The notes under the pieces: model-generated
The model's input: only the letters and a program-made list of their open reading frames with translations
What the model was told of the DNA's origin: nothing
The model's database searches: none
NCBI GenBank assembly: GCA_963755125.1
Contig: CAVWIP010000008.1
Location: 288,001-352,000 of the forward strand
DNA length: 64,000 bases
Direction: 5' to 3'
Source of the DNA: an uncultured delta proteobacterium
GTDB lineage: Bacteria > Myxococcota_A > Polyangia > Fen-1088
Translations under genes and position numbers: made by a program
Part shown: piece by piece, positions 1 through 11,092 of the stretch
How the letters are laid out: each line of letters starts with the position of its first letter
Position numbering within the stretch: the stretch's first letter is position 1

Positions 1-1
1 G

Positions 2-904
2 GCCCTGGCTTTGCGGCAGGACGCCAGCGACGCGGGCTTGGCGCGCGCGCACGCGGAGCTTCTGGCCACGCGGCCCACAGCGGTCAACCTGCGCTGGGCT
101 CTCGATGAAATCCGCGCTGCCACGGCCAGGTTGCCGCCCGCAGACCGCGCCGGCGCCGCCTTCCGTCGCGCGGCCCAGATCTGCGACGAGGACGTGGCCC
201 TGTGTTCGGCCATCGGTGAGCACGGCAAGCGCATCATCGAAGCGATTGCCAAGCGCAAGGGATCGGCTCCGGTGAACGTGCTCACCCACTGCAACGCCGG
301 CTGGCTGGCCACGGTGGACTGGGGCACGGCCCTGGCGCCGGTGTACAAGGCGCATGATGCCGGGATCCCGGTGCACGTGTGGGCGGAAGAAACGCGGCCG
401 CGCAACCAGGGCGCTTCGCTGACCGCCTGGGAACTGGGCCAGCACGGCGTGCCCCACCATGTAATTGTGGACAACGCCGGCGGCCACCTCATGCAACACG
501 GCGCCGTCGACGTTTGCTTCGTGGGCACGGATCGAACCACGGCCACGGGCGACGTGTGCAACAAGATCGGCACATATCTCAAAGCGCTGGCCGCGCGTGA
601 TTGCCAGGTGCCGTTCTACGTTTGCCTGCCCAGTCCCAGCATCGACTGGACCATCCGCGACGGCGTGGCCGAGATCCCCATCGAAGAACGCGGCGCCGAC
701 GAGGTGCGCCTGGTGCGCGGGCTGGGCCCCGACGGAAAAACCACGTCGGTGCTGGTGACGCCGCAAAACAGTCCAGTGGCCAACCCCGGCTTCGACGTCA
801 CGCCCGCGCGCCTGGTGACCGGCCTGGTCACCGAGCGTGGCGTGTGCGCAGCCAGCGCCGATGGTCTGGCGCAACTCTTCCCCGAGCGATCTGGCCGTCG
901 GTAA
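2..904 (+). CDS. mtnA: S-methyl-5-thioribose-1-phosphate isomerase (5' end outside window)
   Basis: Motifs [48 protein letters not shown]; frame open from base 2. Confidence 0.95.
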   Translation, partial: ALALRQDASDAGLARAHAELLATRPTAVNLRWALDEIRAATARLPPADRAGAAFRRAAQICDEDVALCSAIGEHGKRIIEAIAKRKGSAPVNVLTHCNAGWLATVDWGTALAPVYKAHDAGIPVHVWAEETRPRNQGASLTAWELGQHGVPHHVIVDNAGGHLMQHGAVDVCFVGTDRTTATGDVCNKIGTYLKALAARDCQVPFYVCLPSPSIDWTIRDGVAEIPIEERGADEVRLVRGLGPDGKTTSVLVTPQNSPVANPGFDVTPARLVTGLVTERGVCAASADGLAQLFPERSGRR

Positions 905-954
905 CCCCTTTCGGCGTGACCGGGCTCCGCATCTGGCTATAGACTGCCGGAGCC

Positions 955-2280
955 ATGGCAAGGATAGCTCCCTTTCGCGCGCTCCGTTTTGACCAGGGAC
1001 GGTTTGCCGACCTCGCGCCGCTTCTAGCCCCACCCTACGACGTGATCGGCGAGGCGCAACGTGCGCAGCTTGAAGCCAGCCACCCGCGCAACATCGTGCA
1101 CCTGGATCTGCCGCGCGGCGAGGGTGATGCTCGCTACGAAAATGCGCGCGCGCAGCTCGACAAGTGGCTGGCCGAGGGAACTTTGCGCCAGGATGCGCGG
1201 CCAGCCCTATATCGCTACGAACAGCAATTCACCTTCGCGGGCGCGGCCGGCCCGCACAAATACACGCGCAAGGGATTCATCTCGCTCATCGAGCTTTCGC
1301 CGTTCTCCGCACGCATCGTGCTGCCCCACGAGCACACCCTTTCGGGCCCCAAGGTCGATCGCTTCAAGCTGATTCGCGCCACACGCGCGCACTTTTCCCA
1401 GGTGTTTTCCTTGTATCGCGACCCGGACGGCACCATCGAAACGGCGCTTGACGGTGCTTGCGTCGCGGCGCCTGAGGTCGACGCGACCACGCCCGACGGT
1501 TGCCGCCATCGTCTGTGGGTGGTGACCGACGAGGCGACGATTGCCACGGTGGCGCGCGGACTGGCTCCTCGCAGTGTCATGATCGCCGACGGCCATCACC
1601 GCTATGAAACCATGGTCGCCATCCGCGACGACATGCGGCCCGCGGGTGTCCCGCTCGGTCGCTCGCTAGCCGATTGGGGCGTGATGTTCTTTGCCCGCGC
1701 CGAGGATCCGGGCTTGCTGGTCCTGCCCACCCACCGCATGGTGCACGGCCTGTCCGCTGAAGCGCTCGACACCCTGGCCGAGCGCAGCCGCCCCTGGTTC
1801 GAGGTCCTGTCAGGCAGCGAGGAAAACCCGGCCGCCATCGAGGCCCGCCTGCTCCGCGAGGGCGAGAAGACCGTGATCTTTGCTCTGCGTCGACCTGGCG
1901 CGCGCGGGACCACCTGGCTCAAGCTGCGGGCCGACGCGGATCTTGCGCGTCTGGGCCCGCCCACTCTCGCTCGCCTCGACGTCAGCGTGTTGCACGGCCT
2001 GGTGCTGGATCCGCTGCTCGGCATCGGGGCCGAGGCCATGGCCCGCCAGTCGAACCTGACCTACAGCCACGATCTGCGCGAAACCCTGGGGAAGGTGGCC
2101 GCCTCCGATGTGCAGGCGGCTTTCCTGATGAACGCGACCAAGGTGTCCCAGGTTCTGGATGCATGTGAGGCGGGCTTCGTGCTGCCGCAGAAATCGACCT
2201 ACTTCCAACCCAAGCTGGCCACCGGCCTGGTGATGGCGCGCATCGATCCCGGCGAGGAGCCGGTGCTGCCCAACGTATGA
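955..2280 (+). CDS. DUF1015 family protein
   Basis: PFRALR, PPYDVI, PHEHT, IADGHHRYET, PQKSTYFQPKL motifs. Confidence 0.9.
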   Translation: MARIAPFRALRFDQGRFADLAPLLAPPYDVIGEAQRAQLEASHPRNIVHLDLPRGEGDARYENARAQLDKWLAEGTLRQDARPALYRYEQQFTFAGAAGPHKYTRKGFISLIELSPFSARIVLPHEHTLSGPKVDRFKLIRATRAHFSQVFSLYRDPDGTIETALDGACVAAPEVDATTPDGCRHRLWVVTDEATIATVARGLAPRSVMIADGHHRYETMVAIRDDMRPAGVPLGRSLADWGVMFFARAEDPGLLVLPTHRMVHGLSAEALDTLAERSRPWFEVLSGSEENPAAIEARLLREGEKTVIFALRRPGARGTTWLKLRADADLARLGPPTLARLDVSVLHGLVLDPLLGIGAEAMARQSNLTYSHDLRETLGKVAASDVQAAFLMNATKVSQVLDACEAGFVLPQKSTYFQPKLATGLVMARIDPGEEPVLPNV

Positions 2281-3032
2281 CCGACGCCGACCACGCGCGC
2301 GGGCCGGAGCCGGATGACGTCACTCACGACACGCTCCTGCGCGGCCGGGTCAAGCTGATCCAGCCAGCGCGCGGTTTTCGATCCAGTCTGGATCCGGTGC
2401 TGCTCGCGGGTTTCATCCAGGCGCCCTACGGCCATTTCCTGGACATCGGGTGCGGCACCGGCGCCCTGTCCTTCTTGTTGCTTGCACGCGACTCGGCGGC
2501 AACTGGCCTCGGCGTGGAGATCCAGTCGCGGCTGGCAGGACTGGCCGCGCGATCCGTGCGGGCCAATGGTTTCGGCGCGCGCTTCGCCGTCGTGGCGGCT
2601 GACGTGCGCGAAGCCGAGCGCGTGCCACGCGCGGCGTTCGATCTGGTGGCGAGCAATCCGCCGTTTCGGCCCCTGGGCAAAGGCGTACTGCCACCGCATG
2701 CAGAGCGCTCGCTGGCGCATCACGAGGTCGCACTGACTTTGGCCGAGTGGCTGGAAGGTGCCCAGGCAGCCTTGCGGCCCGAGGGCCGGCTGGCCGCGAT
2801 TTACCCTGCCGATCGCTTCGACGAAATGCGCGCGGCACTCGCCACACGCGGGCTGACCATGGCCCGACTGCGCATGGTGCAGGCGCGGGCGGGAGCGCAG
2901 GCCAGCCGTTTCTGCTTCGAAGCACGACGGTCGGCACTGGTCGCCGAGACAAGGACCGAAGCGCCGCTGGTCGTGCATGAAGATGGAAAGTACTCAGCGG
3001 AGGTGCGCGCCATGCTGGGAGAAGAGTCGTGA
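2277..3032 (+). CDS. tRNA1(Val) (adenine(37)-N6)-methyltransferase family
   Basis: QPARGFRSSLD, LDIGCGTG SAM motif, NPPF, LAHHE. Confidence 0.8.
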   Translation: MTDADHARGPEPDDVTHDTLLRGRVKLIQPARGFRSSLDPVLLAGFIQAPYGHFLDIGCGTGALSFLLLARDSAATGLGVEIQSRLAGLAARSVRANGFGARFAVVAADVREAERVPRAAFDLVASNPPFRPLGKGVLPPHAERSLAHHEVALTLAEWLEGAQAALRPEGRLAAIYPADRFDEMRAALATRGLTMARLRMVQARAGAQASRFCFEARRSALVAETRTEAPLVVHEDGKYSAEVRAMLGEES

Positions 3033-3487
3033 AATATCGAGTGGCGCACGTTCTGGCTATCTGGTTCGGCTGTGGCCGCGTGCCCAAGGCACCAGGAACC
3101 GCAGGCACGCTCGGCGCAATTCCCCTCTATCTTCTGCTCGTCCACCACGGCGGCACGCTGGCCGTCGCGGCCGCAGCCGCCGTGATCACGGCGGTGGGCG
3201 TGTGGGCGTCGAATCAGGTGGTGCGCAAGCTCGGGATCAAGGATCCGCAGATCGTGTGCATCGACGAGGTGGCCGGCGTGCTCATCACTTTGCTCGCAGC
3301 GCCCGCGGGTTGGATCGGCCTGGCGGCCGGCGTGGTTCTGTTCCGCCTGTTCGACCAATGGAAACCCTGGCCCGCGAACGCCGCCGAGCGCCTGCCCGAA
3401 GGCTGGGGCGTGATGATGGATGACGTGGCCGCCGGCGCGTGGGGCGCGGTGTTCCTGCTCGGCGCGCGTGTCGCCGGCTGGCTGTAG
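3029..3487 (+). CDS. pgpA: Phosphatidylglycerophosphatase A
   Basis: APGTAGT, KDPQIVCIDEVAG, FRLFDQWKPWP, GVMMDDVAAG. Confidence 0.95.
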   Translation: MKYRVAHVLAIWFGCGRVPKAPGTAGTLGAIPLYLLLVHHGGTLAVAAAAAVITAVGVWASNQVVRKLGIKDPQIVCIDEVAGVLITLLAAPAGWIGLAAGVVLFRLFDQWKPWPANAAERLPEGWGVMMDDVAAGAWGAVFLLGARVAGWL

Positions 3488-3489
3488 AA

Positions 3490-4341
3490 TCACTCTGGCG
3501 TATCGACGCCAGGCGCACGCTTGGCTGCCTGCCAGAGTTGCTCCAGTTCCTCGGGCGTGGCCGAGCCGACAGTGCGGCCTTCGGCTTCAAGCGCTTGTTC
3601 CATGTGGCCAAAGCGACGCGCGAATCGGTCGGTGGCTTCGCGCAGGGCATTCTCGGCGTCCAGCCCCAGCTTGCGCGCCAGATTGGTCAAGGCAAACAAG
3701 GTGTCGCCCAGCTCGTGCATCATCTGGTCGCGATCGCCCGCCTGGCAGGCGTGATCCATCTCGGCCAGTTCCTCGTTGACCTTGTCGCGCACGCCGGCCG
3801 CGTCCGGCCAGTCAAAGCCCACCGCGCCTGCCTTCTCGCCAGCGCGCGTGGCGCGCACCAGGGCCGGGGCGCTGCGCGGGATTCCGTCGAGCGCACCCTT
3901 GCGCCCCTTCTTCGCCTTCTCGACCGCCTTCAGCTTGGCCCAGTTGGCCAGCACAGCCGCCGAGGTCTTGGCCTGCGCTTCGCCGAACACGTGCGGATGG
4001 CGGCGCACCAGCTTGGCCACGATCCCGCGCACCACATCGTCCATCCCGAAGGCGCCCTCGGCGTGGCGCAGCTCGGCCTGGAAAACAATCTGCAGCAGCA
4101 GGTCGCCCAGTTCCTCGGCGTGGTTGCGCACGTCGCCCGCGTGCAGGGCGTCCACCACCTCGTAGGTTTCCTCGACCAGATAGGGCAGCAGCGATTCCAG
4201 GGTTTGCTCGCGATCCCACGGACAGCCGGTGGGCGCGAGCAACCGCTGCATCAGGCCGACCAGCTCGGGCAGGTTGCGGCCCGTCTGCTTGCCGGGCAGC
4301 GGGCTGAGGTCGAGCTGGGGCGGCGGCGTTTCCTGGCTCAC
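3490..4341 (-). CDS. mazG: Nucleoside triphosphate pyrophosphohydrolase MazG
   Basis: GCPWDREQT, EETYE, EELGDLLLQ, KLVRRHPHVF, GFDW, second ELGD. Confidence 0.95.
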   Translation of the reverse strand: MSQETPPPQLDLSPLPGKQTGRNLPELVGLMQRLLAPTGCPWDREQTLESLLPYLVEETYEVVDALHAGDVRNHAEELGDLLLQIVFQAELRHAEGAFGMDDVVRGIVAKLVRRHPHVFGEAQAKTSAAVLANWAKLKAVEKAKKGRKGALDGIPRSAPALVRATRAGEKAGAVGFDWPDAAGVRDKVNEELAEMDHACQAGDRDQMMHELGDTLFALTNLARKLGLDAENALREATDRFARRFGHMEQALEAEGRTVGSATPEELEQLWQAAKRAPGVDTPE

Positions 4342-4608
4342 GGGGTTGCGAAAACCTAGCCTGGAATGTGCCCGGACGATAGGAAGAACGAGCCCGATCT
4401 TCTTCCTGTGGCAGCGAGCTCCCTTTTGGCCCGAGAATCGGACGCGCAGCCAGCGGGTTGCCTATCGCCGAACTCTACTTACGCGCCTTTCCGGAGCCCG
4501 TCCCGGCGCTCGACCCCGTCATCGCCCCCGGTCCCCGACCCCGAATCCGACCACGCCACTGCACGCTGGTCGCCGCGTGGGTTCCGTGGTAAAGGAGATC
4601 AGGTTCGA

Positions 4609-5637
4609 TTGAGTCAGCGGCCAAGCGATCCCCTGCGCGAAAACACGGATGTCGAATCGGACCGGGTGGTCCTCGACGACAACCGCGTCGCGCTTTCCTT
4701 GTTCGGCGAGAAGAACTCCAACCTCAAGCGCATTGAGCTGGAGACCGGCGCCAGGCTTCACTCGCGCGGAAACGAGCTGACTTTCCTGGGCCCGACCGAT
4801 GCCATCGCCCAGGCGCGACGACTGGTGGAACAGCTTTACCGCATGGTGCGCGGCGGCCGCGCGGTGGGGCCCGAGGACGTCACACGCGCGGCGCACGTGC
4901 TGCGTGGCGATGCCAACGCCAACCTGCAGGAAGTTTTTTCCGACACCATCCTGGTGGGCAGCCGCGCCCGGCCCATCGCGCCCAAGGGACTGGCCCAGAA
5001 ACGCTACGTCGACGCCATCCGCGAACGCGACATCGTGTTCGGCATCGGGCCTGCAGGCACCGGCAAGACCTATCTCGCGATGGCGCTGGCCTTGCGCCAG
5101 CTCATGGAAAAACGGGTCAAGCGCATCGTGCTGACCCGGCCGGCCCTCGAGGCAGGCGAGCGCCTTGGCTTCTTGCCCGGCAGCATGGAGGAGAAGGTCT
5201 CGCCCTACCTGCGGCCGCTCTACGATGCCTTGCACGACATGATGGACTTCGACCGCGCCCACCAACTGGTCGAGCGCGGGATGATCGAGATCGCGCCCAT
5301 CGCGTTCATGCGCGGCCGCACGCTCAACGATTCCTTCGTCATCCTCGACGAAGCGCAGAACACCACCGGCGAGCAGATGAAGATGTTCCTCACCCGGCTG
5401 GGCTACGAGTCCAAGGCGGTCATCACCGGGGATGTGACCCAGATCGATCTGCCCGACCACCGGCGCTCCGGCTTGACCGAGGCCGAATCGCTCCTGCGCG
5501 GCATCGACGGCATCGCCTTTTGCACCTTCACCGAGGTGGACGTGGTCCGCCACCCGTTGGTGGCCGCAATCATCCGCGCCTACGACCGCAAGGCGCAGAA
5601 CAACGGCACCGGCCGCCCGCCCGGCAGTGAGGGCTGA
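4609..5637 (+). CDS. phoH: PhoH/YbeZ family ATPase
   Basis: [46 protein letters not shown] start at 4609 with AAGGAG upstream preferred over 4366. Confidence 0.92.
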   Translation: MSQRPSDPLRENTDVESDRVVLDDNRVALSLFGEKNSNLKRIELETGARLHSRGNELTFLGPTDAIAQARRLVEQLYRMVRGGRAVGPEDVTRAAHVLRGDANANLQEVFSDTILVGSRARPIAPKGLAQKRYVDAIRERDIVFGIGPAGTGKTYLAMALALRQLMEKRVKRIVLTRPALEAGERLGFLPGSMEEKVSPYLRPLYDALHDMMDFDRAHQLVERGMIEIAPIAFMRGRTLNDSFVILDEAQNTTGEQMKMFLTRLGYESKAVITGDVTQIDLPDHRRSGLTEAESLLRGIDGIAFCTFTEVDVVRHPLVAAIIRAYDRKAQNNGTGRPPGSEG

Positions 5638-5663
5638 CGCCGTGTCGGGGAGAATGACGGGTC

Positions 5664-7364
5664 GTGGGACCGAACCAACCCGTGTCTGAAGCGCCGGGCC
5701 CGGTCGAGCGATCGCGCTACGAGCGCGACGAGTTGCTCGCCATCTCGCGCGCCCTGTCTTCCGAACATGATATCCGCAAGCTGCTCGACCTGATCCTGGA
5801 CAAGAGCCGGCGCATGACCGGGGCCGATGCGGGTAGCGTGTACGTGCTGGAGGCGGCCGACGTGGACGGCGACGGCCAGCCCGACGGCCGAGCCTTTGGC
5901 GATCCGGCGCGGCGACCGCGAGCGCTGGGCGAGGCCGGCCGGCGGCACGCGCCGACTCCGGTTCGCGGGGTACAGAGCCGCCCAGCCCGGCTGCACTTCA
6001 TGCTGTCGCAGAACGATTCCATCCCGGTGGACTTCAAGGAGTTCACGCTGCCCGTCGACAACACCTCGCTCGCGGGTCGGGCCGTGCTGGAGGGCCGGCC
6101 CATCAACGTGCCCGATGTCGAGCAGGCCAAGGTGGCGACCGGGGGCGCCGCGCACAACCGCAGCTTCGACGACAAGATCGGCTACCGTGCGCGTTCGATG
6201 TTGACCGTGCCCATGCTGTCTACCGAGGGCGAGGTCATCGGCATCATCCAGCTCATCAATAAGAAGCGGAAACCGAGCCAGGTTCTGTCCACGCCGGCGG
6301 ATTTCGAGGAAGGCGTGGTTCCCTTCGACGAGCGCGCCGAGGAGATGGCGCTGGCGCTGGCGTCGCAGGCGGGCGTGTCGCTGGAGAACGCGATCCTGTA
6401 CGACGAGATCCGGCGCCTGTTCGAGAGCTTCGTCGACGCCTCGGTCACCGCCATCGAGTCCCGCGATCCGACCACCTCGGGTCATTCGCGCCGCGTGGCC
6501 ACCTTGAGCGTGGCCATGGCGGAGACGGTGGACGCGGTCAGCGACGGCCCCCTCGCTGCCGTGCGCTTTTCACGCGAAGATCTGCGCCAGATCGAATACG
6601 CGGGCGTGTTGCACGACTTCGGCAAGGTCGGCGTGCGCGAGCAGGTGCTGGTCAAGGCCAAGAAGCTCTACGACTGGCAGCTCGATGCCATCCGCCTGCG
6701 CTTCGCCTATGTGCGCAAGTCCATCGAGGCCGAGTCGCTGCGCAAGCAACTGGATCACATTCGGCGGGGCGACTCGGCCGCGGCATTGGCCGCCATCGAG
6801 CGTGAACAGGCCGAGGGTCTGGCTGCCCTGGACGAGTGCTGGCACCTGGTGCTGACGGCCAACGAGCCGACCCTGCTGGACCAGCCGGTGATGGCTCGTC
6901 TGGCAGAGGTGGCGGCGTGGAAGTACGTCGACGAGGCCGGCCAAGCGAGGCCGTATCTTCTGCCCGACGAGGTGGCGGCCCTGCAGGTACTGCGTGGCAG
7001 TCTGACGCCGGCCGAACGCCAGCAGATCGAGAGCCACGTCAACCACACGGTGGCCTTCCTGCGGACCATTCCCTGGGGCCGCTCGCTGCGCAAGGTGCCG
7101 CAGATCGCCGCCGCCCACCACGAGTTGCTCAACGGCGCGGGCTACCCAGCTGGCCTGCACGGCGCGGAGATTCCCATCGAGGCGCGCATGCTGACCATCG
7201 CCGACATCTTCGATGCGCTGACCGCGGCCGACCGGCCCTACAAGGCCGCCGTCCCGGTGCACCGTGCGCTGGGCATCCTGGAGGGAGAGGTCAAGGCGGG
7301 CAAGTGCGACGCCGATCTGTTTGGCATGTTCGTGAGCGCCGAAATCTATAAGCGCGTACTTTGA
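5664..7364 (+). CDS. GAF domain plus HD-GYP phosphodiesterase
   Basis: GAF (FDDKIGYRARSMLTVPM, IQLINK); HSRRVA, LHDFGKVG, HHELLNGAGYP, ADIFDALT, RPYK. Confidence 0.9.
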   Translation: MGPNQPVSEAPGPVERSRYERDELLAISRALSSEHDIRKLLDLILDKSRRMTGADAGSVYVLEAADVDGDGQPDGRAFGDPARRPRALGEAGRRHAPTPVRGVQSRPARLHFMLSQNDSIPVDFKEFTLPVDNTSLAGRAVLEGRPINVPDVEQAKVATGGAAHNRSFDDKIGYRARSMLTVPMLSTEGEVIGIIQLINKKRKPSQVLSTPADFEEGVVPFDERAEEMALALASQAGVSLENAILYDEIRRLFESFVDASVTAIESRDPTTSGHSRRVATLSVAMAETVDAVSDGPLAAVRFSREDLRQIEYAGVLHDFGKVGVREQVLVKAKKLYDWQLDAIRLRFAYVRKSIEAESLRKQLDHIRRGDSAAALAAIEREQAEGLAALDECWHLVLTANEPTLLDQPVMARLAEVAAWKYVDEAGQARPYLLPDEVAALQVLRGSLTPAERQQIESHVNHTVAFLRTIPWGRSLRKVPQIAAAHHELLNGAGYPAGLHGAEIPIEARMLTIADIFDALTAADRPYKAAVPVHRALGILEGEVKAGKCDADLFGMFVSAEIYKRVL

Positions 7365-7407
7365 TCGGGATTGGTGAAGGGCGCGCGAATCGTCTAACAT
7401 CGCAGTC

Positions 7408-7866
7408 GTGCCCATCGATGTCGTGGTTCGCAGCGACGCCCGCCGCCTGGTCGGCGTGCCCGCCTGCCGCAGGGTCGCGAATCGACTGCGCGTGGCCTTG
7501 CGCCGGCTCGGGCGCTCACGCTCGTCGGCTACTCTGTTGTTCACCGGCGATGACGAGATCCGTGCGCTCAATCGCGAGTTCCGCGGCCTCGATCGCGCCA
7601 CCGACGTGTTGAGTTTCCACATGCAGGAGCTCGCAGGCGAAACCGATCCGGCGGGCGATGGGGTCTTTCTCGGCGACATCGCGATCTCGGTGCAAGCCGC
7701 TCGCCGCTGCGCGGGCCGCGCCCGCCTGGACCGCGAACTCGAGCGCCTCGCCGTGCACGGGCTTTGCCACCTATTTGGCCACGACCACCACCGCCCCGGC
7801 CAGTCCCGTCGCATGCGCGCGCTGGAGAAGCATCTCCTGGCTGCTACTTGCCAGCGTCGGGCCTAG
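7408..7866 (+). CDS. ybeY: rRNA maturation RNase YbeY
   Basis: LNREFRG, TDVLSF, LGDIAIS, HGLCHLFGHDH. Confidence 0.93.
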   Translation: MPIDVVVRSDARRLVGVPACRRVANRLRVALRRLGRSRSSATLLFTGDDEIRALNREFRGLDRATDVLSFHMQELAGETDPAGDGVFLGDIAISVQAARRCAGRARLDRELERLAVHGLCHLFGHDHHRPGQSRRMRALEKHLLAATCQRRA

Positions 7867-9043
7867 CCCGCAGCGGCTCCAGCACAGCGGCGGGAAGGTT
7901 GCCCCGGTAAACCTGGCCGTCGACCAAGAAACTCGGCGTGCCCTCCAGCTTGAGTGCGATCCCGACCTCGACGTCGTTCTTGACGGCGGCCGCCCCTTCG
8001 CCTTTCATGCAGCGATCGAGCGCAGCGGGATCGAGCTTGAGGTCGGCCGCAATCTTCTCATCGGATTGCGTGTCGAGAAAGCCCGACGCATCGAAAAGGT
8101 AGTCGTTGGCTTCCCAGAAACGTCCGGCGCGGCCCGCGCACTCGGCGATGAGCGCGGCCCGGCAAGCGGTCTGGTGGAAGGGACGCTCGATGCTGCGGTT
8201 GCACGCCTGATCCAGGGGAAAGTGACGGTGAATGAGACGAACCCGATCGGGAAACTGCGCGACAATGTTGCGTAGCTGCGCGTGCGCTTGCCTGCAGAAG
8301 GGGCATTCGTAGTCGGAGAACTCGGTGATGGTCACGACAGGCTCGCGCGCGCCGATCCAGTGGCCGCCACCGGGCGCCTCGCCGCGGGACAGGCCTTCCA
8401 GCGCGAACGCTTTTCGCCCAGGACTCGTGCCGCGTCGCCAGTAGGGTGGAACCAGCGCGACAAGTCCCAGCGCCATGGCGCCGAGCAAGAGAAAAACCGC
8501 CAGGGTCTTGCCCGGACTTTCGCGAAGCAAGTGCCACGGCGCTGCGCCCACCTGAGGAAACCCGACGCCCGCTGCCTGCACCAAGACCAGGACCAAGAGC
8601 AGCAGGTTGATGCCATAGGTGGCGGCGCAGAGGATGCACAGGGCGTGCAGGCGGAAGGCCGAAATGGCGCCCAGCACGGCGCTGAGCGCGGCGAACGCGA
8701 CGAAAAGGTGCAGGCCACAGGCCGCAGTCAAGACGGTGCGCCGAGTGCGCAATCCCCAAACCGTGACGACCACCGCCAGCAGATAGCCGAAGATTCCCCA
8801 CAGTGCCGTGGGCACGCCCAGCAAGACCGAATAGGGGCTGCGGGCCACGCTGTCGCAGTTGAAGGTGCTGCCGCGGCCGCAGAAGCTGTGGAATCCGGCC
8901 TGGGTGTTGGCCTTGAAATGGATGTAGGCCAGGACTACCGAGACGAGCAGCCCGGCAAGAGACAGGACGAGCATGGCCCACCAGATCCCCTTGCGGCCCG
9001 GGGCCGAAGAGGTGGATTGGCTGATGTCGCCGGTCTTGTCCAT
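7844..9043 (-). CDS. VKOR domain-DsbA thioredoxin fusion
   Basis: TM helices with C..C loop and CILC; then FSDYECPFC, RHFPL, GTPSF. Confidence 0.9.
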   Translation of the reverse strand: MDKTGDISQSTSSAPGRKGIWWAMLVLSLAGLLVSVVLAYIHFKANTQAGFHSFCGRGSTFNCDSVARSPYSVLLGVPTALWGIFGYLLAVVVTVWGLRTRRTVLTAACGLHLFVAFAALSAVLGAISAFRLHALCILCAATYGINLLLLVLVLVQAAGVGFPQVGAAPWHLLRESPGKTLAVFLLLGAMALGLVALVPPYWRRGTSPGRKAFALEGLSRGEAPGGGHWIGAREPVVTITEFSDYECPFCRQAHAQLRNIVAQFPDRVRLIHRHFPLDQACNRSIERPFHQTACRAALIAECAGRAGRFWEANDYLFDASGFLDTQSDEKIAADLKLDPAALDRCMKGEGAAAVKNDVEVGIALKLEGTPSFLVDGQVYRGNLPAAVLEPLRARPDAGK

Positions 9044-9112
9044 GTGGCAGGAGCAAAGCCTTACCACGATCTGCCGTCAATGAAACCGTTCGTCTATTCT
9101 GGCCTGCTGCTG

Positions 9113-11092
9113 TCAGAAGTAGCCCAGCAGTTCGGCGCGGGCCTCCCGGTATGATCCCACGGCATCGCCGACCAGGCGGATCTGGGCCCAGGTTGCAAGA
9201 TTGAACCCCTGCCCCACGCTGATGACCGGAGCGCGCCGACGGTCGCCCAAGAAGTAGTAGATGTAGCGGCCCTCGGCCGTGGTCTGGGAAAAGCGTCCGA
9301 GCCGCAGCACAGCGCCGGCAAAGCCGCCCGCGCCAATCCGGTAGTGATCGAAGAAGGGCGCGCCAGCAGCCAGATCCACGTCGGTGAGCAGGAAGAACAA
9401 GAATGGATGACCGAGCCGTAGCGAGATCCCACCGCCCGTGTTCAGGTTGCCATAGCTGCAGCGCACCCCCGCGCATCCCAGGTTGTGGGCCTGGTCGCCG
9501 CCTGCGCGAATCGTCCAGGCCGTTTTGGGAATCCATCTGTCGTAGCCCGACACGGAAAGAATGTTGAGCAAATCGAGGCGTTCCGGGAACAGGCGGTGGG
9601 TTGCGTTTTGGAACCGGATGCGGACCTGTCCCATCTCCAGCTCGGCATCGTCGAGATAGCCGCGCGACGGGTCCAGAAAATCATGGAGGGCCAGGCGCAG
9701 CGAGATCTCCTCGAAGGCGGCGTGCTGGAGGCTGGCCAGGCCGCCCGCCAAGCCCAGGCGCAGCGACCGGTGGCCGGTCTCCGGGGCGTCGCTGGCAGGC
9801 TGCACGGCGCTTTCCAGGGGCGGAACGCCAGTGCGGCCACGCAGGATGAGCAACTCGCGTTCCTTGCGCAAGAACTCGGGCGAAGGGTCCTTGGTCAGAC
9901 CCTCGCGAAAACGCAAGAGGTCGTAGGCGGCATCGATGATGCGCGCCTGACGCTCCCTCGGCCAGTCGGCGATCAACCCCTGCGCCTCGCGCCCGCGCTT
10001 GGTCAAGGCCTCGGCGGCTTTGATCTCGCTGCCTGTCATGTGCGACTTGCGATTCAGGATCTGGGCCCGCAGCGACGGCCGCACCGTGCGACCCTTGACC
10101 AGGCCGGCAACCGACAGGACCGCGCGCAGGGTATCCGCCGGGATGACCGGGCCATGAAAACGCTCGGAGAGCCGCAGACCGGGATCGGCGACCTCGAGAA
10201 GCTCAAGCAAGAAGTACGAACAGTTCTCGGTCAAGAAGTAGTAGTTAAAGTGGGTGCTGCGGGTTTCCCAGGTATGCTCCACCAGGCGCTCGGTCTGCAT
10301 CTGGTCCAGCGCCAACTCGTACTCCCACAGGTCGCGACTCTCGATGTTCGAGTATTCCTGGATCTTCACGTAGTAGGGCATCACATAGAAGTGGCCAGCG
10401 AAGCCCCCGAACAGGCCTTTCCATGCGTAGACGAAGCCATTCTTGGTGTTTTCCTCGGCAGCGAAATTGACGATGTAGTCAATGAGGCGGTTGCCCTCGC
10501 CGGTGCGTCGGGTGAGGCGCAGGAAGGTGTGGCCGTACATGGAGGCCGGGCTGTTGATGTAGGCCGCCGAGTAGATGAACCCGACCTTCTCCGGCGCGAT
10601 GGCCTGGCGCCAGCCGGCGAAGAGCGGGCAAGACTGCTCAGGCAGGCGCGTGGTATCGATGGCCAGTTCCTGCTTCAGCCACGACCAACGCGCGGGGAAG
10701 CGGCACTGAGCGTGCTGGCCCGCCTCGTCGTCGGGCGGTACTGGCTTGGCGGACGCGGAGAAGGCAACCAGGGTGGCCATCAGCTCGGCCTCGGGATCGG
10801 TCTCACCCGCAGAACCCGCCAGGAAGAAACCGGGGCCGTCAGCGCTGCTGCGCCACCCGCCAAACAGGGTGCGGTGATAGTGCAGCAGAACCTGCCACAT
10901 GCGCGTGCGCGCCAGCCCTTGCGTGCGCGCCCGTGCCTGTAACTCGCTCAGATAGGACTGGTCGGCCGAGGCAGGCGAGGCGCACAGACCGACGCTCAGA
11001 CAGACAAGTAGCCGCCCGAAAAACACAACGTCCCGGCGCTCCACTGGGGAACGCCGGGACGAACGGTCGTTCAAAGTGCTTGAGACAGACAA
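9113..11092 (-). CDS. DUF4105 (Lnb N-terminal-like) protein with probable C-terminal beta-barrel
   Basis: QCRFPAR, PASMYGHT, EYSNIESRDLWEY, YYFLTENCS; C-terminal F; start uncertain (11092 or 11044). Confidence 0.8.
   Translation of the reverse strand: MSVSSTLNDRSSRRSPVERRDVVFFGRLLVCLSVGLCASPASADQSYLSELQARARTQGLARTRMWQVLLHYHRTLFGGWRSSADGPGFFLAGSAGETDPEAELMATLVAFSASAKPVPPDDEAGQHAQCRFPARWSWLKQELAIDTTRLPEQSCPLFAGWRQAIAPEKVGFIYSAAYINSPASMYGHTFLRLTRRTGEGNRLIDYIVNFAAEENTKNGFVYAWKGLFGGFAGHFYVMPYYVKIQEYSNIESRDLWEYELALDQMQTERLVEHTWETRSTHFNYYFLTENCSYFLLELLEVADPGLRLSERFHGPVIPADTLRAVLSVAGLVKGRTVRPSLRAQILNRKSHMTGSEIKAAEALTKRGREAQGLIADWPRERQARIIDAAYDLLRFREGLTKDPSPEFLRKERELLILRGRTGVPPLESAVQPASDAPETGHRSLRLGLAGGLASLQHAAFEEISLRLALHDFLDPSRGYLDDAELEMGQVRIRFQNATHRLFPERLDLLNILSVSGYDRWIPKTAWTIRAGGDQAHNLGCAGVRCSYGNLNTGGGISLRLGHPFLFFLLTDVDLAAGAPFFDHYRIGAGGFAGAVLRLGRFSQTTAEGRYIYYFLGDRRRAPVISVGQGFNLATWAQIRLVGDAVGSYREARAELLGYF

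Noticed and set aside
4366..4608. N-terminal extension of PhoH
   Set aside because: Low-complexity, overlaps the likely divergent promoter region; a better RBS precedes TTG 4609.
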